DNA from: Lytechinus pictus
Lineage: Eukaryota
Direction of reading: 5' to 3'
Assembly: GCF_037042905.1 (NCBI RefSeq)
Contig: NC_087252.1
Span: forward strand, 15,812,001 to 15,876,000
DNA: 64,000 nt
Each line of letters starts with the position of its first letter. Within the stretch, counting starts at the first letter, position 1. Made by a program: the position numbers and the translations under genes. This document shows positions 1 through 14,100 of the stretch, piece by piece. The notes under the pieces were generated by a model that did no database searches, was not told the origin of the DNA, and was given only the letters and a program-made list of their open reading frames with translations.

Positions 1-2855
1 AGTGGAAAGACTTTGGATGCAAACGCAGCAGGTTACCATCCTGAAGCAAGGCATGCTCCTAGATCTTTCATTGATGTATCCATCTCGACAGGCCTCTCTC
101 TCTGGGTCATAGAACTGTAGGCATGCACCTGATGATACTGCACATTTCAGGCTGTTCAAGGAATGCTCATGATCATCTTCCCAGATGAACGGTACTTCCT
201 TGTGGAGAAGTTATCGAAGTGGTGCTGACTTTTCCCACAAATTAGGAATATATGCTGCTAGGTATTTGAACAATATTAGGCATTTCTGAACATCATCCTC
301 TTCGTCCTTGGGTAATAGTACTTGGGTAATGTGTTGGCTTCTACCTTGCTAGGATCTGAGTAGATATCTGATCTAGTGCACTTGGAGCCAAAGAAGTTGA
401 TAGCTTCTTTCTTGATTGTGCACTTGGAGCTGTTGAACACTGAGCCTTCTTGCTTTGCCGTCTCCATGAACAAGTACCGATTCTTGTCGTGTTCCTCCAC
501 GTTGATCTTGTCCTACAATTAATGTGCTGCACTTGCGTGGTGCGTCTATGGTAGGTTTAGCGATGTCCTTGACATGAAACATCGTTTTTTCCTTTAAAAC
601 TACCAATAGCATCGAACTGCTCTGGAAATGCTTGTTCGAGATCCTCATCACTTGTGATAAGTATTTGTTCAGGTTTAGGGTTAGGTGTTGGTGTGTCATA
701 ATTGTACATTGAGTAAATTGTGATAATTCCAAGGTCAGTGCAACCTAACAACCCAAGGATAGCTGAAACCTTGACATCTGGTACATAGAATGTCTATGTT
801 GAACATTTTGGACTGTAACATTTTATGTCAAATTAGTGTACCTTTACATTTGATTGGAATCTCACCATAAGCTTCAAGTTTTACTGGTGTTTGTTTCACT
901 AATGATTCCCACTTTGAACTCTATATTTCATCGGCGTACGGACTATGATAGTGTTAGTACTTGCACTTGAGTCAACTCTTAGGTAGAGCTTATGTTGACC
1001 GGCTCTGTGGGCATATGTAAATGTTAGCAAATGCTACTGTGCCTTCTGAATTTACAACTGTGTATGGTCCATTGGTATGTATTATGTCAAATTATGCAAA
1101 GTTGGATAGACTGCCTTTAGACTGATAATGATCAGGATCTGTGATAGTATCGTGTGCTGTGTCCATTTCGCTGATTGGTTAGTTCTTTCGACGTTTTGAT
1201 TTTGATCGTGATTTCTTTTGTTTTGGTAAACGACCATCACATACCATGTCAGATCTTCGGTCATCTGAACTACGTTATGGTTTTTAACTATGATCACTTT
1301 TTGACTGACGACAGAATTACCCCCAATGATTTTTACTGTGGAGAGCAAATTCCATTAATATTGACCCCCAAATGGTTCATAGTTGTCTGAGATTGATAAT
1401 TGAGGTTTTTTCCTTCATTATGAAAGCAAACGGAACAGAGTTGTAAACATAAGAGATATACAATAAACAGAATATTGGCTCTTCATAAATTTAGAAAAGA
1501 GTTAGAACGTGTTGGAAAATAAACCTGATTTTGGAATACAGGGCACAGATTCAAAATACAGATAAGGTTGGGGTAGCTTTGACATGTTCCTTTCAGTTAT
1601 GTATTGATATGTCAGAACTTCATCTCTATTACCTGCAGTGCTAGTGTATCTTATAAATGTTTCCAAACGACTTCAATAAATAAATTTCTTTATGATGTAA
1701 CAGAAACACCTTTTTGTCCTTTACATCCTTCTGAATCAGATACATTTCTATTACCATGCACATTCTATACTGTACATTACGGTGTGTTAGTCATACCAAC
1801 ACAATCGAAGCGAAAGGCTGATCAGAGCTATTGTATTATTTGAATGGCATACCATTCATCACTTTGCAATCGTTTTCATAGGTGTGACTGCCACACCGAC
1901 GTTGCTTTTTGGCCTCACTTTAGCGCAAAATCGCTTAATACATTCAGCATATTTTCCTTCTATCTGAAGCAAATGAAGATACTCATGGTGGCATGAAGCC
2001 TGCCAATATTCTCGTTGATACATCATCTTTCATATCGAATGTTGAGATTGTGCATTTATTACTGATATTCATAATAAATCTGATCAATAACAGTGCATGT
2101 GCAATTTTTTTTACCAAAAACATACAAATTTTGGCCAAAAGTCTTAATTCTTTTAAAAACTATATCAACCGACTTGAAATCGAAGAATAAAGGGATTGTA
2201 GTAAATTCTACCAACAAAATAATCGATAATTTCGCATTTTATGAAGGCCTTTTTCCATTTTCTGGGTTGAAAATGTAACAATATACACTAATATATCCGA
2301 AGTCTCCGATATGCAGTAAAAAAAAGCTAAATTTCTGAAAATTGAATTTTCAAGTTTGAGACATAATAAGTTTGTGACTAATATTGATATCAATTTGGAA
2401 TTTCGTCCACCTAATAATTGTATATTAGGAAAGTTTTCTAGAAATTTTCGAGGCGATTTCTTTATTTTCCTTAGATTTATGGTAAATCATGTATTTCACA
2501 AATTTTCAATTTTTTGGAAAAAATTCTCAAAATTGTACTTTTCTTATTAAAATCTAAGTCGAATTACCATTTCATCACCCATGAATAGTATCAACTTGTA
2601 GAAAATTTATTTATCTTTCATATAACACAAATTTTGTGGCAAATGAATGTTTGTGTCGGAATCTATGTACGAAAATCCAAATCCCATGAATATGGCGGCC
2701 ATTTTGGACGCCATCTTGAATTTGAACCCCATGGGACAATATTTCGTTTTGGGAACATCAAAATTCAATCAATAAACATCTTAAGGATTACAAAAATGTA
2801 GGTTAAAAAAATATATCATTCGGGTGCATGGGAACCCTACCTCCCTACCAGACTA
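1..2855 (-). mobile_element. Second, inverted copy (cut by the window start) of the long-TIR Academ-like element carrying Gypsy pol relics
   Basis: 1-2855 is the near-identical reverse complement of 15481-18331. It ends in ...GGAACCCTACCTCCCTACCAGACTA (2855), the same terminus as the 15481 copy. Confidence 0.9.
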
Positions 2856-3569
2856 ATACTGCTTTTGAAGAAAACGAGGAGAAGGACATGTAAAGCGTGC
2901 ACGATAAAGAGACTACACACGACACTGTTGCATTTTATGATTGAATTTAAATGATAACTACTATAAATCAAAATGAGGAAATTTCGTTATTTTGTACTTT
3001 CTGTGAATAATTATGTAAAATAATATGAGAAAGCAGTTAAATTTCTGATAACCAACTTGGAGCATCCTACTACAGAGATTATCATCAAGTAACAGATGAG
3101 ACAAGATGGATATGGGAATGTCAATTTTAACTTGGTGAGGTAGTATTTAATATGTATTAGCTCGTTGATACCATGGAGGTAGAAAGAAAGTATGATGGTT
3201 TCGTAGATGCTTATCAATTTCATATGCATGCACCATGGCCCTGGGAAGCGGGGGTGCTGAAGCACCCCCAAAATTTTCATTGGGGGTGCTGCGTGTGTGA
3301 TTGGCATAGGCAGCACCCCTGAAAATCTGGTAGGTATATGACGAATGACAGAAATGTAATGAAAATGAACGACTTTTTGTACATAGGAACCCCCCCCCCC
3401 GACTTCAGAATGTTCATGCACAGTACTTGAAATAGTGCTCTAATTACAATGTTTCAGATCAGAATATCAAAAATTTTGTGCTCCCGCTTCGCGCTCACAT
3501 TATTAATGTAAGAAGATACCCAATTACCAATCCTATTCTTGATTTACAAAACATGAATAGAGTGTCCCG

Positions 3570-5280
3570 TTTTAGGTCTGAAATCTCAATTTTTTCCCGC
3601 TCGCATCAGTATAGTTATATAGGCTACCTATCCTGTTCATTATATGAAATGTGCTTAGAATGTCCCATTTTTAGGTCTGAAATCTCAATTTTGCTTCCGC
3701 TCGCATCAATCGTATAGTTATATACCTATCCTATTTATGATTAGAAAAGTGGTTATAATGTCCCGTTTTCAGGTATGAAATCTCAATTTTGCTTCCGCTC
3801 GCACCAATCGTATAGTTATATACCTATCGTGTTTATGATTAGAAAAGTGGTTATAATGTCCCGTTTTCAGGTATGAAATCTCAATTTTGTTTCCGCTCGC
3901 ACCAATCGTATAGTTATATACCTATCATGTTTATGATTAGAAAAGTGGTTATAATGTCCCGTTTTCAGGTATGAAATCTCAATTTTGCTTCCGCTCGCAC
4001 CAATCGTATAGTTATATACCTATCGTGTTTATGATTAGAAAAGTGGTTATAATGTCCCGTTTTCAGGTATGAAATCTCAATTTTGTTTCCGCTCGCACCA
4101 ATCGTATAGTTATATACCTATCGTGTTTATGATTAGAAAAGTGGTTATAATGTCCCGTTTTCAGGTATGAAATCTCAATTTTGCTTCCGCTCGCACCGGC
4201 GTATAGTTATATACCTATCGTGTTTATGATTAGAAAAGTGGTTATAATGTCCCGTTTTCAGGTATGAAATCTCAATTTTGCTTCCGCTCGCACCAATCGT
4301 ATAGTTATATACCTATCGTGTTTATGATTAGAAAAGTGGTTATAATGTCCCGTTTTCAGGTATGAAATCTCAATTTTGCTTCCGCTCGCACCAATCGTAT
4401 AGTTATATACCTATCGTGTTTATGATTAGAAAAGTGGTTATAATGTCCCGTTTTCAGGTCTGAAATCTCAATTTTGTTTCCGCTCGCACCAATCGTATAG
4501 TTATATACATATCGTGTTTATGATTAGAAAAGTGGTTATAATGTCCCGTTTTCAGGTATGAAATCTCAATTTTGTTTCCGCTCGCACCAATCGTATAGTT
4601 ATATACATATCGTGTTTATGATTAGAAAAGTGGTTATAATGTCCCGTTTTCAGGTCTGAAATCTCAATTTTGTTTCCGCTCGCACCAATCGTATAGTTAT
4701 ATACATATCGTGTTTATGATTAGAAAAGTGGTTATAATGTCCCGTTTTCAGGTATGAAATCTCAATTTTGCTTCCGCTCGCATCAATCGTATAGTTATAT
4801 ACATATCGTGTTTATGATTAGAAAAGTGGTTATAATGTCCCGTTTTCAGGTATGAAATCTCAATTTTGTTTCCGCTCGCACCAATCGTATAGTTATATAC
4901 ATATCGTGTTTATGATTAGAAAAGTGGTTATAATGTCCAGTATTCAGGTATGAAATCTCAATTTTGTTTCCGCTCGCGCTTCGCGCTCGCATCAGTATAG
5001 TTATATAGGCCACCTATCCTGTTCATGATTAGAAAAGTGCTTAGAATGTCCCATTTTTAGGTCTAAAATCTCAATTTTGCTTCCGCTCGCATCAATCGTA
5101 TAGTTATATACCTATCCTATTTATGATTAGAAAAGTGGTTATAATGTCCCGTTTTCAGGTCTGAAATCTCAATTTTGTTTCCACTCGCGCTTCGGGCTCG
5201 CATCAATTGCATAGTTATATACCTATCCTGATAATGATTTCAAAAAGAGTTTAGAATGTCCAGTTTTTTAGGTCGGAATG
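3570..5280. repeat. 98-bp tandem repeat, about 17 copies, with homogeneous central units
   Basis: Unit AGGTATGAAATCTCAATTTTGCTTCCGCTCGCACCAATCGTATAGTT... recurs at 3771, 3869, 3967 etc. (period 98); edge units are degenerate. Confidence 0.95.
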
Positions 5281-5982
5281 TCAATATTTTCAGATCGCGC
5301 TCGCATTATTTGATTATGGAAATATGTATCGTCTTAATGGGTAACTGGAAACAGTCCTTATAACAGGTCTCTTTTCGATCAGGCCAGAACGTATATTAAA
5401 AATATTGTTTGTTACATACGCATAATTGTTCAGGATCACAAACATTGCTCAAAATGTTCAATTTTCAAAAATTTTAGCTCGCGCTTCTCGCGCGCACTAT
5501 TTAATGTCTGTTCTTTTATAAGAATAAAGCTAAGAAGTGACTGTCATATGGAGACTCCAACTTGATGTGCGCAAAGCGCGTAGTCCCTTGTGGCTGGGGC
5601 CCAGGGCCCGCTTAATGGCCCTGGAAGCTTCAGGGTTCTAGGTGCTCTCTCGTGCTATGTCTCGGTCTAATTTTTCAATATGTGATGGCACTAAGTAAAT
5701 AACAATTCAATGAATCGAATCATACCTTTTGGCTTAATAAAACTTCTTTTCATATATCATTATTCGTGCATGCCAGTGCCCTGGGAACGATTTTTTTTCC
5801 AGTGGGGGTGCTGACATGGGCTGAAATCTCTCCTCAAAGGGGGGGGGGGGCACTATTGAGTTTTTCCATTGTTCTTTTATACACACACACAATTATGCAA
5901 GGGCACCCCTAAACACACATGATATAAATGAATATAAATATATATTTTGCTACGGGATAAAGGTGGGAGAATTTCAAGATCG

Positions 5983-6142
5983 GGGGAGTGTTTCATCAAC
6001 ATTTTTGTTCGACAAGTTGTCAGGTCTGACAATCTTCCTTGATATTGATTGGCTAAGAAGCACTGTTACTATGGTAACTGTCGGATAAAATGAGACTTGT
6101 CGGATAAAACGTCTGACAAGTCCTTTCATGAAACGCTCCCCT
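5983..6142. mobile_element. Short MITE, same family as 30938-31098
   Basis: GGGGAGTGTTTCATCAA...TTCATGAAACGCTCCCC inverted termini; reverse-oriented copy at 30938-31098. Confidence 0.75.
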
Positions 6143-6618
6143 GAGGCTGCTGAATGAAAGGGTTTAAGTAAGTTATTTAAATGCATGCATTTTCAGGGTC
6201 CATTGCCCAAGCATAAAGCATGAGTGTTCATGTATGAGGGGTGTGGTATGAATGTTAGTGAGTGTGAAAGTGGTTGTTCATTGGCCTAAATAGGCCTAAT
6301 GCATAGTTTCAGTCGTTGTTAACCGATCCTGCCTATTCTTTGTTCTGCGAGAGCAGTGGATTTGAATAATCAATGCCATTGTTCTGTTCAAATGGTTTGG
6401 TGGTGGGTTCGATGATCCCTGACTGGAGCTGTACATTAAATTTGAAATCTACATACTATTAGTATCTCAATTTTAAAGCAGCTATAACTTTCTTATTGCT
6501 TGTCCGATTTCTTTCAAACTTTCACCATTCTGTTTAATTTATTTTTCTCCTTCCCAACACAACATTATATGGCCAAGGCTGGATTCCCCTTTAAATGTTT
6601 TCACTCTTTAGGTGGCTT

Positions 6619-7095
6619 AGGGCCTTTTCACACGAGCATCTTAAATAATCATTGTGATGATTGCGATTCGTCTTTAGAATCATTGTACCATTCACACTTT
6701 CACTCGAAAACTGTGATTTGAATTCGAATTCCTGAGCGAAGGTGGTATTGTGTCCTTGGTGACTTGTCAATCAAACCCAATCAAAGCACTGCATCGCAAA
6801 AACGAAACTACGATGAGTGCATGACAATTGTATTATCTACCGGAGTGCTTGAAATGTCACGTAAGCTCCGCACCTCAAAAGATGTTTCGGAGGTCAACCC
6901 TTTCAGACGTAAAATTCGTACCGTAATTTGAGTGAAACGTAACTGGAATTCACCTCCGGAGTAGTATTTGAATTCGTGATTGTGATTAGCGTTCGTGATT
7001 CTTGTTTGGTTTCACACGTGCTGAAAATTTATTAGAATCATTTTTCACTGGAATCATAATTCAAATTACGATTTTGGGACCGTGTGAAAGGGCGG
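6619..7095. mobile_element. MITE with GGGCCTTTTCACACG...CGTGTGAAAGGGC termini (PIF/Harbinger-like)
   Basis: Terminal inverted repeats; a shorter related copy lies at ~24100-24372. Confidence 0.7.
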
Positions 7096-7164
7096 TTAGT
7101 GAGGTCAGGGAATTAAACTGAGGGGATAGTAACTTACAGACTAACTACTATTACTGGAAAAGGA

Positions 7165-7540
7165 AAGGGGGTGACTAAAGACGAACGGTTCTACCTTACG
7201 TAACTACATGCCTTCCACGAGGACAGGTAGGAGGTTTCCTGTGGAACTACTGCTGCAGTGATGCTGCCTTATTCACAGAAGACCTTGGCTAGTAGATCTC
7301 GAAGGGTGCATCCTATCAGGTGAAGGAGGGAGAGGGCTGGTATGCGGGCATGGGTCTCAGACAGCGGGAGTAATCTCGAACAGTCCTGTTGGCGCTCCCA
7401 AGCCATAGAGACAACTAATTTTGATCGGTCCTCTTCAGGCAAAGTACAACTCTCAACTATTCCCTAGCTGATATGCTTAATGGGCGTTCACTCAGGCATT
7501 GCACCTGAGGAATGTAGTTAACGTGACATAGCAACAACAA
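7165..7540 (-). mobile_element. Possible decayed, internally deleted RTE-type non-LTR element
   Basis: Minus strand reads a frameshifted PPTCP-GR...R..LFSH-like motif resembling the C-terminal Zn-knuckle of RTE ORF2; GC-richer than its flanks. Confidence 0.35.
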
Positions 7541-8007
7541 TACCTTTTCATGGGCTGAGGGTCATTCACACTGCTAAGCGATGACTATATACATGCTGTA
7601 ACACTGGGTTGGATTATACACATTATAATAGGTGCATTCAGGTGAACCCAGGCATGTTCACACTGGAAGTTAATGTTTCAGGGAAAATGATAAGTGAAGA
7701 AGCACTACAATCCTACCAGGCTAGCTACCACCACCACTTTTCAATTTAATTATTTTTCCCCCGTTTACTTTACATTTTCCTTTTAGTACGCATGCTCACT
7801 CTCTATATTGAGCATGTTGAGTCGCAATATATTACTGTTATTATTTCATGTTTGATGTTTTAAAAAAGGATACACTATGGATGTTAACCTGTAAATTGTA
7901 CACAATTCAGCTTTTTGGCTGAATATTAATTTTTTTCAATTTAATACAATTCTTATCGTACTCGTAAAAATATTTTTTTAACAGTTCATCATTTATAATT
8001 GTATATT

Positions 8008-8039
<32 letters not shown>

Positions 8040-8274
8040 GGGGGGGGGCTGAAACTAGCAAATTAAGGGGGGGGGGGGGTTGGGTATCCTCCTTTTTGAG
8101 ATCCCTTTCAATGTTTGCTTCCTTTAACTATTTGCATGCTGAATTATATCTAAAAAAGGATAAAGATGACTGTTGTTATTTTTTCTTTCTTTTAGCTTTG
8201 CTTTGCTTATTGCAATATTGAAACTGATATTTAATATATATATGTATATATATAATCACAAAAGGTTTAGTAAA

Positions 8275-8313
<39 letters not shown>

Positions 8314-9419
8314 TTATATGTATTAAAAAAGAATTATATTTATTACTAAACCTCGCATGTACACATGTGAATAAGAAACAAATTCATTTTCATAATCGTT
8401 TAATTTGCAATTTTGCAACATTCCCATGCGGAAGGTATATTACATTATTATACCGCCAGCGCGGACAAGAAATGTAATTACTGAAAACAACTTATGTACA
8501 CACTTGACATAACTAAATGAATTCATATTCATTGTCAGTAATACAACCATGTCGACTTATTCAATATTCTTCACAATGTTTGAATACTGTTCCTTTTAAG
8601 GCTTCAGTATCTTTTAGTTATGACGTATTCAACATTTTCCAAAATATCTACAGAACAAATTACAGAAATGTGACCAAAGAATGATCTTTAGGCGATAAAT
8701 AAGTATAAAAAAACATTCGCTTTGTAAATCGTATATTGAGCAAACAAGATGATACTACTACTAATATAACATTATTAATATTATAAATAACTAATATGTG
8801 TTATCAGTTTAAATCCTTAGAATATAAACAGAATAGATAAGATATTATATATACTCAACAAGAGAAAGCATTTGATAATTGACAGTAAAATAAAACATGG
8901 AAATATATTTTCATCTCCTTTGCCATGGTTTCTGCTCATGTAATCTAAAGAAATGATTTATGCTTAAACGTTTAAAACTAATGAAGCTAAACTGTTTCAT
9001 TTTAATTATCGAAAGTGTTTATACTGACGTCCGATTAAAAGTTGATTATATTTGTTGTTTGTGTTGTTAAAATAACCTACAGTTGGTTCAGAATATTCAA
9101 GTTCACCTAACAAAGATAATTATTTCATATACTCTTGAATCACATGTGATTGTGACTAGATTTATACATATATGTTTCTAGAAAGTTAGAAAGTAATGAT
9201 TACGATGAAAATTTAGATTCATTATCATATTACATTTACAATAAATAACATTTGTTTGTACTTGTAGTAAGTATTTACAACGAAAAAAAACACCTAATTT
9301 TGACGAGTTCCTAATACATTGAAGCGGCCGTACATTACATCAAACATGTCAAATTAAATTACATTTGTATGTACTTCTAGTAAGTAATTATAGCGAAGAA
9401 AATTTACATTTCTTATTAA

Positions 9420-10004
9420 AGGGGAATGAAACCTTTGGAACAAGTAGGCTTGTGTCAAAACAGAAAAATCAAAGAATAAGAACAAAGAAAGTTTGAGAAA
9501 AATCGGACAAATAGTAAGAAAGTTATGAGCATTTGAATATTGCAATCACTAATGCCATGGAGATCCTCCCATTGGTAATGCGACAAGGATGTGTGATGTC
9601 ACAGGTGAACAACTTTCCCTTTGATGGACTATAAAATACCCCCAAAATGTAACTTTTTGCTTTTTCTTATGGTGATACAAACTCTTTATCCATGATGTAT
9701 TCTTTAAAAATCTGTTTTTCATGCTCTCCTATAAAAAGAACGCATGATCTACTGATAGATGTGATAAAAGAGGCAGTTTAAGTGAAATATATACTAAAGT
9801 AATGGGGAGAGTTGTTAACAAGTGACATCACACATCTTTGTCGCATTGCCAATGTGAGGATATCCATAACATTAGTGATCGCAGTATTCAAATGCTCATA
9901 ATTTTCTCATTATTTTTCCGATTTTGCTCAAACTTTCGTTGATCTGTTTCTTTGATTTATCTCTTTTCACACAAGCTTTCTTGTTCCAAAGGTTTCATTC
10001 TCCT
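9420..10004. mobile_element. TTAA-flanked MITE (Kolobok-like non-autonomous element)
   Basis: TTAA|AGGGGAATGAAACCTTTGGAACAAG...CTTGTTCCAAAGGTTTCATTCTCCT|TTAA; long TIRs. Confidence 0.85.
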
Positions 10005-10431
10005 TTAACGAGGATGGCCTTAAATCACAAGTTTGTATGTGTATCTAGTCAAGAGAATTCAGATTTCCTATTGTCTAGGACAGATCAGAATTTAGATTTC
10101 ATTGAATTACATTTGTCTCTACGTGATTCTAGTAAGCAATTATGACGAAAAAAATTAAGGTCTCCTATTATCAAGGATGGGTCGTCAATTAAAATATAAT
10201 AAATTACATTTTTATGTGTTTCTAGTAATTATTTATAACGATGAGCATTAAGATGTCGTAATATCAAAGACGGGCCGTCAATAAAGATGTAATAAATTAC
10301 ATCTGTATGTGTTTCCAGAAAACGAAGAATATTTAGATTTCCTAATTGGGTGGATCGTATATGACATATTAAAATCTAGTAAATGAAGAAAAAATAGAGT
10401 TCTTATTTAAATATTTAGGATTAGCTGTAAA

Positions 10432-11137
10432 TTAATAAACAGTGTTTTGAGGTTTCAAGTACAAGTCATTGTCGAGTTCGATATCAGTGTCATTAACCAA
10501 CTTTGGCTTTGAAAGATCACCTTGGCCACCTTCTGGTAATTCTTCATACACATTTTCATTCTCCTTGTCGATGGTATCAAGATGCGAAGACGGTGGCTCG
10601 AGAGGAAGCGGCCGAACGCTTGCTACAGGTGGCACCGGCTTCGTTGGTTGTTCCACGTACTGACCAGGGTTCACTGTAACCCCAGCGGACAAGGATTGGT
10701 CAAAGTAGATGTATTCCCCTGCGGTTGGTGGTGGGGCAGATGGAAGCGGACCAACTGCCATCGGTACAGGTGGACCGCCGCCGATTCCATTTCCGCCGTT
10801 GCCGAATGCATCTACAACGTAAATGTATTCTCCGTAATCGGTACTTCCGGTTGTTCCCTTGCCAGCAGCAGGACGGTTACCGACAGATGGGCGGTTTGCT
10901 CTAGGACCATCTATATAGACATATTCTGCATAGATATCGTTTTCAGGTCCAGTTCCAGTGGGTAATGATATGATAGGACGCGGGCTGATAGGGGGAGGGG
11001 CAGTTCCTCCACCGTGGAGTTTCACAGGTACTCCTTTCTCAGATCTGGAAGCTGGGTTCGTAAAATGCGCCGAAGACATTCTCTCCACGAGCTCGTGTTC
11101 AGTTTGGTAAGCGCGTCTTGATGCTCGTAACTTGTTC
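10432..11137 (-). CDS. Gene A terminal exon: ~235-aa cytoplasmic tail
   Basis: Long ORF after acceptor tttgtcaag|G (phase 2); motifs AEYVY, GEYIY x2, ENVYEEL, RPLPLEP; ends NTVY*. Confidence 0.9.
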
Positions 11138-14100
11138 CTTGACAAATGAAAGAAAGGGAATATAGGAGTATGATTATATTCATACAATAATCCAAAACGA
11201 AGAAGAAGAAATATCTTGCGCCATTTTGCCAATGTGAACATAAACTTCTTATCATAAGTTATGATAAGAAGTCAATCCTTGAAGTTATCCTTGGCATATT
11301 GGTTAATAATCTCTTCACTTCCTTGTCCTTATTATTTTCTGCCTTTCCTGTCTTATCCTTTTGTCTTTTCTTGTGTGTTTACCTTGCTCATTGTTCTTTC
11401 CGTTTCAGACTTATTTCAAATGCACACTGCAAAATCTCTGGTGTTGATTTAACACCAGCCCGGAATCTAGATATGTCCACACCAGAGAAGTGTTAAACAA
11501 CACCAGTTTCGTTTTGGTCTAACACCAGATAGGTGATTATACAACACCAATTAGTATCAAAACAGCATCGGTTTGATTCCAAACTGGTGTTGTTTCAACA
11601 CTTCTCTGGTGTGGACGTATATAGATTCCGGGCTGGTGTTTAATCAACACCGGAGTTTTTGCAGTGCAAACCGAATTATCACGGCGGAGTCCTCACTGAC
11701 TAAACTTGCAAGTGCAATACCAACTGCTCTGAAAAAAAAAACAGCTTTCCTCTGCAACCTTTTGTGGACCTCTGTTCCCAATATTAATTCCCCTTTTTAA
11801 ATAATGAAATGTCAAGCAGAAATTAACTTATTTTTATTTTTTGGGAAAAGTACAAATGCTGTGAGGTGCTTCTTTACGATATTTCCGTTTTTAAAAGAGG
11901 GGAATCCCTAATTATGTCGCATGCGATGTTTGAAATAACACCAGGGCCCCGTAACACAAAGTTAGCGATTAATAGCTGAATGAAATAGCCTATCAAGATC
12001 ATCGTTGCATGCGCAATTTGCTCAGTCGACTGAATTGGAACCAATCAGAATTGCTCTTTCAAAATACCGATTAATCGCCAACCTTCGTGTTACGGGACCC
12101 TGAACTTGAGCTTGTAAGTAATGTTGTCAATGGAAGACACAGTTGTTCTTACTTTGCTTTGTAGTACCTACGAAGAACAAGAGCCAATGGGATACAGGCT
12201 GCAAACAGAATGACTCCAATGGCGATCACTGCAATAAAACAAACAAATGAAAGGGACTAACTAGATCGCCATGGTCACACTCCCAACGTGAATGATTGAT
12301 AATAATGAAATAATAATAGTAGCGTTTTATTTATCCAGGGTAGCAACTTCAGTTAGGAAACTGCTTTACCATCGGGCCCTGCATAACATAATGTTATTAT
12401 TATCCTTCTCCAATCTAAATGCTGAGCGCCTAGCAAGAAGGCAGAAGGTCCCATTTTTGTAAGTCTTTGGTATGACTCAGTCGAGGATTGAACCCATGAC
12501 CTCCCGTTCATGAGGTAGACCCTCTACCACTGAGCCACCTTGCCCGGTTATTACTTACTGATACTCATGATTAAAGGCAATAACAATATTTGATAGTTTT
12601 TTGTGAAACCCTGCCTAATCATGTTGCTGTTGTTATCTTGGGTTTTAAGGCGTGTACCATTCAGATATGAATATTTTACGCCTGTGATTAATTTCTCTTA
12701 TTTTGTGATTATAAAATTTGATGCATAAATTGATCAGCGCTGCTTTAAAGGCAAGTTATAGGGGTGGGGGTTGTTTTCTTCTTATTATTATTATTGTTAT
12801 TATTATTTGGAAACAAGTTAATTTTGTTATTTTCGCCATCATAAATGGTCTGCAATTTTGTTGTTTTCTTGTAAAAATAAATTTTCCTCTTCCATTTCTT
12901 TTTCTTAAATTACGGTACTTGGGTTTAAAGTCAATATGAAGCTCTATTTCTCAATAATCCAGGGATTTTGCGGGACATATACCTCGAAACTTTAGCAGGG
13001 AGGTGATCAATAGAGAAAGGAATAAGGAAAATTATAGCTCCAATCTTAGGCCCGTATCGGAGTATGAGATACGTCTGTCCCGTTGATGTAAACATCAACC
13101 TCGATGAATTCTCGATCTTTCACGGAGGCAAGACGCCTTTAAATCCTACCGACAAGCCCTAGGCCCTGGCAGGATGGAGTGTGATTTTGGGTGAGTAAAG
13201 TTTTGTAAGCTTACATATATCTCTCATTACATGTCCTGATTCTGGAGGTGGAGAGTGGGGATAAAGTGGGCTTGTACCATCAGCAGCTGATGGAGAAGAT
13301 GACTGAATGGCTCTACTAGGAGAAGCAGATGTGGCTGTACCAGAAGCAGTAGGTGTAGGAGACGAGCGTTGTGTTGTGACGGAAGCAGATGCTGATGATT
13401 GGTTGGCTGTACCGGATGCAGCTGTAGGAGATGGCCGGGAAATCATTATCATATATAAAGCGAAGAGTGGATAGGCATAGCAAGAGAGTCCGATGGAGAG
13501 AGAGGGAGAGACAGAGGAAAAGAGGAGAGGGACGGGGAGAGGGGGAAGAGAGAGAGAGAGAGGGAGAGAGAAAGAAAGATAGATATGGGAGAGAAGAAAG
13601 TTTGAGGGGAAGAGAAGGTGAGGGAGTACAAATTATCCACAAATCTTTGTTTAAAAAAGGCATTCTTCACTGCCCCTTTATTGTTTTTGTTAGGGAATTA
13701 AGACATTTTGTGAGGGAATTTCAGTTTGAAATCGCTTGTCTAATAAAGAGAAGAGCTCATAAAAATTTAGCTGGGTAACACATTTAAACAAAATAAAAAT
13801 ATTTACAGCAAGTACCTACATATAATATATTAAATATAACAAAGCGTATGTTCAACTCGGGAATTATAGTCAACAGAGCTACGAAACAGGGCATCAGTTT
13901 GGTTCGTGTCGAAAGACTCTTCTGTCAACACCGCAATAAAGTTACTTTCTTACTTGAACTAAACGAGCTGTTCCCAGAATAACAAGTTTAAGTTGACGTA
14001 GACGTTTACAATTAAAGCATAATTATATCAATATATGAAAATAGAGTATTCGCAACCACTACATAGACGCTTTCTGGAACGTAGAGAATCTATTGTCAAA

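Noticed and set aside
3570..5280. CRISPR-like regular array
   Set aside because: Units are contiguous with no unique spacers, there are no cas genes, and the context is eukaryotic.
13316..13778. Arg/Glu-rich and Leu/Ser-rich ORFs
   Set aside because: Translations of a (GA)n tract overlapping a real exon in another frame.
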